Shown here in pieces: positions 56,901 through 63,200 of a stretch of DNA of 64,000 bases. The position numbers were made by a program, and so were the translations under genes. Source of the DNA: an uncultured Thermoplasmatales archaeon (GTDB taxonomy: Archaea > Thermoplasmatota > SW-10-69-26); contig CAYNEI010000001.1 of the NCBI GenBank assembly GCA_964396185.1, positions 76,014-140,013 on the forward strand. The letters are read 5' to 3'. Below the pieces are notes generated by a model. The model ran no database searches. It saw nothing but the letters and a program-made list of their open reading frames with translations, and was not told where the DNA came from. The first letter of the stretch is position 1, and each line of letters begins with the position of its first letter.

Positions 56901-57293
56901 GTTGAGCGTGTCGTCGGCCGAGCCGTCGGCTGCCAGGTGACCGGTGGGGAGCGTGGGGGAGCGCAGCGTGGCCCGGGTCCCGGAGCGGTACGAGCCGTCG
57001 CCCCAGGCGGTCACGCAACCGTCCTCGCTGCCAGCGAACGTGGTGTTCGTCCATCCCGTGCGGCCCTGGAGGATCTGGCCGAACCAGTCCTCCAGCGGGC
57101 AGTCCCAGGAGCGGATCGTGGTCGTGGCACGCGTGTTGTTCAGGGTCTCCAGCGGCAGCTCGTCCACGGCCTCGCCGGCGTCCGGGATCTCCTCGTCGGG
57201 GTCGGGCAGGGTGTCGTCGTCGACTTGAGCCACAGCCGTCGGTGGCACGACCGAGAGCATCATGAAGGCCAGCAGAAGCGAGAGGGCTCTCAT
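44994..57293 (-). CDS. Giant anchored surface protein (4099 aa from ATG 57293) with many CARDB-like repeats and jelly-roll-like modules
   Basis: GGAGGTG lies 6 nt upstream of ATG 57293 (MRALSLLLAFMMLSVVPPTAVAQ). The track start at 57302 is the GTG inside the SD. CARDB-type units include IPIPVLVENKGNVPLRNVTVTVAL, AAFSVTVENKGERQAKGVAVQASV, VPIQIVIENKGGVPATSAELTL, IQVSVENTGNVPLRGTLVAQ and VTIVANAENMGSQPLNNTPLGFLVDG. N-terminal and internal segments look like ..LTMRHAYQFE..DGGWLEVRTPGDSWTRL.. and ..VEIRLHATGG..GWWIDAFGLEY. The C-terminal anchor is VPGPSMLFLLAAASLVALAAKGVRRE. Confidence 0.88.
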   Translation of the reverse strand: MRALSLLLAFMMLSVVPPTAVAQVDDDTLPDPDEEIPDAGEAVDELPLETLNNTRATTTIRSWDCPLEDWFGQILQGRTGWTNTTFAGSEDGCVTAWGDGSYRSGTRATLRSPTLPTGHLAADGSADDTLNGVVNALREEGVSPETAGRLMGTCSAWPGFLDTGAMPLRQVCRNLIMGTQEIDVPTLRAGAGALHLTMRHAYQFEDPASIHGRDGGWLEVRTPGDSWTRLDPVAAYATRADGEKILCGAASNFQAERGRGSVGVFPFTSPGSDEDMDLGEESRPSEWAKFCESLLWVTTHPGSKEGTARTEGIQVNIDTSSFATGATQFYGYPGVIRGEGRGFIGTSAPAGSQNPEFVEHWFDLAPYAGESVEIRLHATGGPGITTKDGGWWIDAFGLEYTGPPTDIAVLIEHPTHDSSFPKGQVPAEVQVVNLGRLTSNPVDLVVRSGEMERRVAIPALEPVERNVTTISFPADAFGELNITAEIVPPGQAPGTPIPSDPYQLNNEATVTTTIEELTDIDLSVAAEGVEDGTASFNATIENRGNTPLSVPVQGTLIPIDRITRLPRADEAISLGEVGRTTVPHSRDVNVLGAVSPEANVGFDVQLPEPGVWALVLETPVDPGAQASVVVPFDTAAPPALTEEVTGVKEGPTSLLPNGTFETPEGTYTQDLLDSFRGPETRFVLQGESALATSGADLQIDASRDVSGFADHAFVGLGEDCDQTTVGIGPVNDVPLVGDALCASLVDGKAGFDLPDETGLVAVPETWQVRQHHLIAYELDPSEVLSERWEPGDELSVEFDHATKALYDSLAEDLGTGSRARAFIVPTQNDTDLVDAFREVQNVTIEGIPNATLRAAVEEVVGQANLDALLDQVFEIPGIREVPGDACQILGLEELSGVIGILEGLDDTGIVSEPGQPVNICGAPGYVRTVEEGCPSEPAFVDCALPEDDVSAHALALRELQGAVDAVEFTEPSGWEHIELTATEVIRQAILKNQGPGALETGIATEAIREGKFYVVFDLETVSNFEDVLASAAVTERPERVRPELEARAATGTLNPNACSSADNTVVVCKQDPFIKTRPELGWSPDAVPVWTVDNMTVQHERAGVEIRMERLCDAPLTASYACSKPTSALPPTGIQGWGFLPASENLTLPWNFEPLGGNPDSVAPGAFVWRGTALGDDRPSEFTQTHDHFKAESASTTPVKHVHPSGRVSIRTDDPVTYGVLQSPVLDLSGYASPVSEMHTRLSQLPDAVGKACDKEEDSTNGTVYTRVGWNVRARPVLADGSLGPAETIEPLGGYDNCSEVEDGNVPVLFNGTATHQTPPAIVKQADFRELTDVNFDAALLADCFQTEFGGSASFLVPDPTNACVPTELVFGHDEPVFALPTNWTDVQFDLTPFQGQRVVLEIHAMGLAKHARSAGQLRVDDWNVREGAPPLDLAADHDPAPFIAPGVEERFKLIVNNTGASTLQEATVRRVILDNDGCVAEDSHGDVIPPTVVPIALQDPDTGLPGLPPGKQMVFETSSLGWEAPDEELDRFERRLTVQTGPGQPISEAPELLPTTRMDDGSLVIRATGVDGDDCGDDLRRNFDHEIIGERSDVRVRTNQLSITAEGTRNPADRAELETRSSITPIGEVVPDPFYHKEYFFDVNEDEALVDVTATIPEDSGATRLTFRVIDPQGEEIGAMNVDNGDTDEELSIPVELPGEYTLVVEGQGLETTIQDSYSGDITVSWTEITVQRNVDIEPLDAVVKATLEDPWGQKAPETFLSPAPKGMAKEQGAEVTAKVTASAPGSRVVINVASNSDRPFWTVRVPTSDGNLEQKGSETGRVVFEDLEAGTYVALVLFRQAGVPFGQRVLPVTFEVLEAPVATDDPNPGDNVVRLTGLTRSLPRLVVSDIDPPRTAITGDEIPIPVLVENKGNVPLRNVTVTVALDPAGTERLADEPIPLLLPGKNATARVLITPRDAGSQTVLVTATAENPAASRSSEATLIAQGGDRLLVLTQQAITGQAGDYDHWTLTPQPRFGDGLRVPSQAREDLPLDGQLDLVASPVSALMLNGTIDLETGFDGVAVNWSERSEAVDRRDTTHPFHTAVSPDQVLASSHAGARAGEAVPAITGEHNEPVRAWSTDLAAGDMRPAKRIAPDAWDDFGGLTLDEPPSEGRRAFWLPTAPYLSATDENDPVHHELRLPLKTGEWCSMAEQVEQGATKMLVETFERRIMEDTWDPSVRFFTNQLVGPTGDGDPARLPGRIITALQDEHRTGWTRVIYEIDLRPAIEQILDQQRPWTKETKFEGEALGSCPLSGVHKSLPTNAHLIFALDGYSNHTNAMDLGWFIGEVNTKFGTDDSSPDVAMGPSRVGDREVGDNGDRCLDRYDFEFVNVPRYWGVCTTGPNPSRGDSGHVQIIQWSGSSARTIAPATEAELGQLTDAEEWISPLMRERELKEDRFKWVNENDQEKSREDLILPDRDGCIAWDTETIDGEVQRTGCSDDDQRLPNPFRYVDTATTLDIRAVRGCLETSANDDNPNCNGSDDPASAANATAVLRFNATANGSGNRVQVVGIPVESTEAFGEQAPARVDWEPLKLLGPDDARPWSFDCTSPLRADSDEERAPTPLGANANRLVGPLPGDVARVDSSTTNRTVCADLTPLAGHITRVGLRIWSPDDEGSMRIATTELLLAAPKAKTYQPTLRGLTDDTIHEGVFELAETAVQTMEPRFTHGVDAELVGSTFFRNQRVLGPDVIPELKIDVKEPGRSQANWELEVGVCIELENPEEDEHRNPRCLERRFHLDQDPLEHNHTWDVDVDPDEGSGSATITVPWAEIRDAHPELRDREDPAVPEDIVSMRVYVRSFPEELTQSVGDCPTDLEDLAEHERFACRQLVDPNPADDHVTLDIIGPAALQAPGLAQIEITPDRAPAGSPRNAILTFTNPTGAPVELAGELITQRNNRAVGSTPIPSTILLPWTPQEQITVPVDLPRQENTRMTVLAQVQQGIPDNDESDLTEAWDDYRATEDHEMDDVSGPAPAGGEGDIEMDPEFAKPALPGQVPSEEGYLVTADRGEVQAMLLAEMSTGDLRDMLDLHGGKEGPVPALVFQHQRSLANHPITSGANYGSMAVVAEARANNGGHLDACTTESPTSGLCTLAGYSPDPTIKRKAHENQQDMDICDRVDQANQPGRNTPAEWALEGEQADIAYGTRGGTGQPNLLSAWHTAVYPLTADEMAPLFAAGAASVEFYLVVNNCNTDAPSRVLVDQPGILSAMPQVTVAEEEILAGPGTEKRFRFTFENAGAGSDVFHVVPGTQVPRSWEMQITGPEGEILYDSETGIMEPIELAQHTEVEGTWRVNIPAGRSSGPTVNLDIVAYPLQAPGAVSGTGTNAYLTALDNNVEASVGKSGEALLRGLGGMQSAGRTEISTDAEPRPDISVVPEDISVQNLEVGREAAFSVTVENKGERQAKGVAVQASVSGPSGFRVLESLTGEKETTVSIPPGGQVKALFKWNPLEPGEHRLRIVADPDEGDVAVLATPELRAFQGLVYEEAECLPGVGCNNVADKIIDVTPLQRPDLAVELRGIPEAVTAGERVPIQIVIENKGGVPATSAELTLTENGLLPILEDLTVELPDIDPGQQHVIEADWIPVTAGEIVVIASVQAPNEFKAIRVDGTSAARDNTFTQEVEVRKAGLKVSLEKGVTIKPGQPTLVQATVSNDGTVPAQIGVEPVVGDSFAMAAVLDQPLTVEAGSEESVTVLLFASEGSSPGERTARLPTQPKAQAITFEVARDAQASFELSTTRIKPGTTPIQVSVENTGNVPLRGTLVAQGDNITGAAEVELPTATNATLTLPLTVKQGALPGSQDVALRLESEDLVTNETVRFTVQRAPAFAMDDTEPRRGINGTLALSTNLSNIGNAPAAGHLTIQGAAVLSSSPVVSLQPGQETTVRYDWSPELGTPGQLVLEDLAGTRLYEAELPSGPDPTDVHVASINLRPSVNLEQGMTVTIVANAENMGSQPLNNTPLGFLVDGELVGTQEIGLLEPGETQLVSHDVVLPRSGTLSLGAVNLEAFQSNDVAGQIESVEVAGSRFGSETVSTVPGPSMLFLLAAASLVALAAKGVRRE

Positions 57294-60200
57294 GGCTCCC
57301 ACCTCCGTCGAGCAAGCACAGCACCCAGGAGTGTCAACAGGATGGCCAGGGGTGCCGAGAGGGTGGGCACCGGGAGCAGGCCGCTGTCAGCGTCTAGAGC
57401 GGCGGCTTGCACGATGGGGCCGGGCAGGGTGCCCTCGTCGGGGTAGGCTTGCCCGTCCACCAGGAACCGCACGTCGGCGGGGTCGAAGAGGTCGGTGGTG
57501 GGGAAGGGGATGCTGGCCTGGTAGAGCCAGCGGCCTTCGCCACCGCTCTCCAGATGGAGCTCGTGGGTGGCGTCGCCGATCTCGATGCTCACGGAGCCTG
57601 GGCGCTGGCTGGCTTGGATGACGGTGCGAACGGTCACTGGGTCTCCCTCGTCTGCGATGCGGGGGTCGAACGAGTAGTGGGCAAGGCGGGTGGCGAGCTC
57701 GCCGTCCACCGTGGTGGCCGGCGACCAGACGCTCTGCTTCCCGCTGAGGTCCACGGCCTGGACGCGGTAGGCGTGGGCGAGCCCTGGGGTGGGGTCGTCG
57801 AGAACTTGGGTCTCGTTGGTGATCTGGGTCGTCGTACCCTCGGTGTTGGAGCGCTCCACGACGTAGTGGCCGATGCCGCCGTCGTCGTCGGCAGGCGCCC
57901 ACTGGATGAGCACCGTGCCGTCGTCGTTGACCTTGGTTTCCACGGCCTTGGGTGGGGTGGGTGGGGCGGCGTCGTCGGGGAGCTGGATGGCGCGCTCGAT
58001 GAGCGTGTGCTGGGATCCGGTGGCGAGCTGGGCGGCGATCTCCACCGTGACCTCCTGGCCAGGCGGGAGCCCGGTCAGCGTGAGGGTGTGGGTCTCGGCG
58101 GCCTCGGAGCTGGCCTTGGCGAGGACTTGGTCGCCGGTGAGCGCGGTGGCCACCAAGGGCGCGCTGCGGTCCAGGTCCACGGTGGCCTGGATCGTGCCTG
58201 GGCCCTCGGCCGTGATCCGCTCGCCGAGCACCTCAGGGGCCTCGAGCGCGGAGCGAAGGGGCAGGGTGACGCGCGTGGTGTGGCCGGCGCGGTCGATGCC
58301 CTCGGCCACGAGCACGTCGATGCCGCGCACGTCCACGGGCATGGTGATGCCCTGGATCACGGGGAACCAGGGGGTCCAGGAGCCGTTGGCGGCTTGCGTG
58401 CGGATGGATCGAAGCCCCGAAGCGTCATCCGTGGAGGCCACGCGCAGGTCAAGCATGGGGCGCTTGACGGGCAGCGGGTCCTCTGGGATGAGCTCGACGC
58501 TGGGGGGGTCGAGGTCCACGGGGACCTCGAAGGTGCGCGTCGCGTTGCGGCCCACGGCGTCCGTGGCCTGCACCTGGATGGTGTGGACGCCGGGCTGGGA
58601 GAGGGTGAGCGCCTTGAGCTTGTGCCCGTCGTGCAGGATGTGGGCGGTGGTCTCGGAGGCGTCGTCGGTGGCCGTGGGCTTGATGCGCACCTTGCTGGTG
58701 TACCAGCCGGTGGACGAGAGCTCGCCCTCGACCACGTGTCCCGGGACGGGCGCTCGCGTGTCGTGGATGGTGCGCGTGGCCAGGGCCACGGTCTCCAGCC
58801 CGGTGGTGAACGTGGCATGCAGGGTGAGGTTGCCGGCCGGGCAGTCCAGGATGGAGAGGGTGGCTTCGTGGCTGGATGGATCGTCCATGGGGGCCGAGAT
58901 GAAGCTGGGGATGCTGCGCGAGGCGCACGGCGTGCCGTCGGCGCGGGCTTCCAGGGTGACAAGCGTGCTGGGGTCGCCGCCCTCGACGGTGGGCATGGCA
59001 CCGGCCAGCCACGTGAACAGGGCTTGGTCGCCGGAGACCTCGGCCACAGGCTCCAGGGTGACGTTGAGGGTGCGCGCGGCGGTCACGTTCACGCTCTGGG
59101 TCACGCGGTGGCCAGCGAGGTCGATGATCTCCAGGGTCACGGGGTAGGTCTGGTTCGCCTTGAGCCGGGTGAAGGAGAGGTGGTGCTCGTCGGTGAAGGC
59201 CGACGGGAGCAGTTGAGTGGGTCCGCGCACGCGCTCAGGCGTGAGCTGGAGCTCGGCGTCCACGATGCGCACGGGCTCGTCGGCGGTGATCTCGAGGGTC
59301 GCACCGTGGGGCGCGCTTCGGGTCTGGGTCACGTTGATCTCGGGGGCGCGCAGGTCGTAGGTGATGACCGCGTCGAAGGCGGATCGGCTGAGCTCCTCGT
59401 TCCCGGTTTCGTCGAGGGCCACGGTGCGGACCTGGACGACGGCTTGCTCGTCCTCGCCCAGCCCTCGCAGCTCCTGGATGTCCACGGTGAGGCGCTTCCA
59501 GTCGGAGCGGTCGTCGCTCTCGCAGTCCTGGTCGACCTCCTCGAGATCGTCGAGCTCGTGGTAGGCGCCAGGCGCGCGCTCCCAGCTCTGCTCACCGAGC
59601 AGCCGGGTCTCGATGAACAGGCCGAGGACGTCGTCGGAGAGCTCCTGGTAGAGCAGATCGGCGGTGGTGGCGTTGGTGATCAGCGAGGTGCCGGCACCGC
59701 CGCAGGTGAGCACGAGGTCCTCGGGCGGTGCGAGGTTGATGCGGATCGAGCCGAGACCGGAGGAGGCCACGCGGCGGGCATCATCCACGGTGCGCACGCC
59801 GCCAGGCACCACGAGTCGGGCTTCCTCATCACCCGTCACCAGGCGTCCAGCGGCCCGGTCGATGTCGCCCGCGTCGCTCGAGTCCAGGTTGAACGTGACG
59901 TTGAGGGTGGCTCGGCGCTCCCAGCCGGTGCCATCTTGGCTGGGTCCAGCGTAGGTGCGGTTGAGCTCCACGAGACACGCCGCCTCGTCCAGGGGCTCGG
60001 TGTTGCACGTGAGCTCCTCGCGCACGCGGTCGTCGTTGGGCGGGAGCAGGACGGTGATGGGGTCGCCGTCGGGCCCGACGGGTAGCGGGCCTCGGATGCT
60101 GTCGTCCAGGCCGGCCACGGTCATGGAGCGGATGGGGCTGTCGTCGGTGACGTTGATGGGGAGCTCGAAGCGCAGGCAGTCGATGCGTCCGGGACTGGTG

Positions 60201-63200
60201 ACCGCTTCGAAGAGCTTCTCGAAGGAGCCCGGGCAGGCGAGCTGGGCGTAGCCCGCAGTGACCCGGTCGATCTGGGGCTTGCCGGGCGAGATGGAGAGCT
60301 CGGGGGACTCGTCGTCGACGATGAGGGTGTCGGCGATGCGCTGTTGCGGGATGTCCAGGACCCGGAACTCGAACCCGCGGTCGAAGACGAGCCAGAGCTC
60401 GACCTCGTTGGGTCCCTCGGCCAGGGGAAGCGTGGAGCTGCCGGGCGTGAAGCCGAAGAGGGGAGCGAGTTCGTCGTCCTCGACGAGCCGGTAGGTGGTC
60501 ATCCAGAGGCCGAGGTCGTCGTTCCAGCTCACGTCACTGATGCGGTCGTCGGCAGCCGAGTAGACCGTGCCCTTGTGGGCCAGCACGGGGTAGACGTGGG
60601 GGACGTGGTTGAGCTGCATCGGGGACCAGACCTCCACGGCCTGGGGCCGCGACGTGCTGGATTGGGACTTGGCGCGCACCCAGATGCCATCCAGGTAGGT
60701 GGGGAGCTCGGTCGTGTTGTCGTCGTGGCTCTCGATCCAGGTGCCGATGGGGTCAGGGAGGCTGGGTCGCACGGGATCCCCGAACGGGGTCTCGTAGTCG
60801 ACACGCAGCGTGCCGTCGACCTCGGCGTTGGCGCCCAGCAGGGTCTCAAGCGCGCCGTGGAAGGTGAGGTTGTAGCGGTAGTCGCCCTCAGGCAGGAGAA
60901 CGCGGCCGGCCTCGTGGCCGCCGGTGCCGTCGACGTGGTGGGGTGTCGGGAAGGCGTCTGTGGAGCAGGCGATCCCCTCGACGGGCACCACAGATAGGAT
61001 GCCGCTGTTGCCGCCGTCGTCGACGATAGTGCAGATCACGGGGCCTTCGAGCACGACGGTGTCCCGGGTGGCGTTCGGGATGCGGGGCTCCCAGATGGGG
61101 CTGGGACCGATGTCGTGGAACTTGCTTGTCTCGGTCGAGTTGACATGGAGCTCGAGCACGGCCCAGCAGCCAGACAGGCCTTGGGCCAGCGGGTTGCCGC
61201 GGGGGACGTTGCTGTCGTGGATCTCCAGGCCGAGCGAGGCGTTCTGGCCGCCCTCGTCGCTGGCGCGACCGATATCACACGGGTCCAGGGTGTCGAGGAG
61301 GTTGACAGGCACCTCGAGCTCCGAGCGCAGCGAGATGTGCATCTTCTCGTCCAGGGTCGGCCCTGTGCCGCAGCTCATGCCATCCACCACGAGCGCCTTG
61401 CCGTCGCTCTCGGCGAACGAACGGGGTTGGCCCGTGCAGATCTCCGCGGAGAGCAGGTCCACGAAGGACTCGAGACTCCGGTCGGCGGTCTCGGACACGG
61501 TTCCCACAGGCGTGGTCGCCCACGGGAGCACGTTGTCGATGCCCTGGGCATCCGCCCAGCGGCGCTCGATGGTGGAGGCGGCAGGCAGATCGTTGAGGAG
61601 CTGGCGAGCCAGCGGGTAGGCCTCGCCGATGACGTAGGGGACACCCTGATCGTCCAGGGTCTCGGCAGTCGCCTCGGTGAAGCTCAACAAGGCGATGACC
61701 GTCGCCAGGCCTCCCACCCAGTTCCCGGAGCAGAACACGTTGCGGGCCGCCCGCAGGGCGCTGTCGTTGATGCTCGGGTGGACAGCGTTCGTGGAGAGCT
61801 CGTTGTCGCACCTCTTGAGGGTCTCGTCCACGCCCCCGTCCTCGCACTCGATGCCGTTCCAGTCGTTGTCGTTGCCCCATGCACGGACGTCGATGTCGGT
61901 GCGGGAGAGCTCGTAGGTGTCCGAGCCGCCCAGGTCGATGAAACGCGTGATCCAGTACGGGAGGTTGTTCACGGTGGTGGGGTCGAACTGCTGGCAGGCG
62001 TCCTCGACACCGTCGCCGTCCGAGTCGCCGGTGATGACCTCGCCGGGACCGGGGAGGTCGTGGATGCGGTACGTGTCCGAGCCCTGGCTGCCCAGGAAGA
62101 GGGCAGCCACGGAAGCCCCGGGTAACAAGCCTTGGATGAAGGGGGGTTGAACGAGTGCGCGGTTGCTTTCCCCCACGTCGTCGCAGCCGCCTTGGGCGTT
62201 CTCGACACAGGAGCGCCAGTCGATGGCACCCAGGCTTGCGGGTCCGACGGTGTAGTCCGAGCCGGAGGTCACGACTGCGCCGGCGATGATGCGGCCGTCC
62301 TGGAAGACGGCGCCATTGGTATCGCCGGTGCGCACGTCGAGCACGACGCCGCCGAGGCTGCCTTGGCCCGTCTGGAACGTGTTGCGGCCGCGGCCACCGT
62401 CCAGCAGCACGGCGGTGGTGTAGTCCGGCATGGCTTGCTGGCTGTTCCCGAGATCCCCGGGATCGATGGTCTCCTCCAGGCGCACGCCAGCCATCTGGCC
62501 ATCACCGGTGTCGTAGCGGTCGGTGCCGTTGGCATCGTAGACGAGCAGGGTGAGCCGGTCCGCCGTCATGGGGACCGTGGCGTTGAAGGTCACGCTGGAG
62601 ACGTTGCCCATGTAGTGGTCGTCGCCCTGGATGTCGGCGACCACGGCGGCCACACCCGCGGCGACCAGTTGGCGTTCGTGCACATTGGTTGTATCCGCGC
62701 GCACGTGTGCCGTGTCCCCGAGGTAGGTGTCATCCCCTGAGGCGTCCAGCACCAGCATGGGAAGCGATTGCGTACTGGAGGCCGAGCTGGACTCGGTGAT
62801 GTCGACGAAGAGGTTCGTCGGAGTCGCGTTGATGTATGTGTCGTCGCCGGCGGCGTCGATGAGGATCGCTGGGAAGAGGCCATCGTGGATGTCGTTCCGG
62901 TCGGTGAGGGCCATCTCCAGCAAGCCCGGGAGCTCAAGGTCTTGGAAGCCCTCCGGGAGCCTGAACCCGAAGATGGAACCGGAGCCGAGTTCCAGGATCG
63001 AGACGCTCGGCCGGGCCTCTGCCGTCATGTTCGAGACCGTGATCGTCCCGTTGCTCAGCTCGGTCGTGTTGGCGAAGTAGCCCCGTTGGAGGGCTTGAAC
63101 GGTGAAGAAGTGGGTCCTGAAAACCTCGCCAGCGAAACTGCACTCGTTCGACTGTGTTTCATCCTCACAGTCAGCGTTCGAAGCGCCGGAGCCGGTTGGC

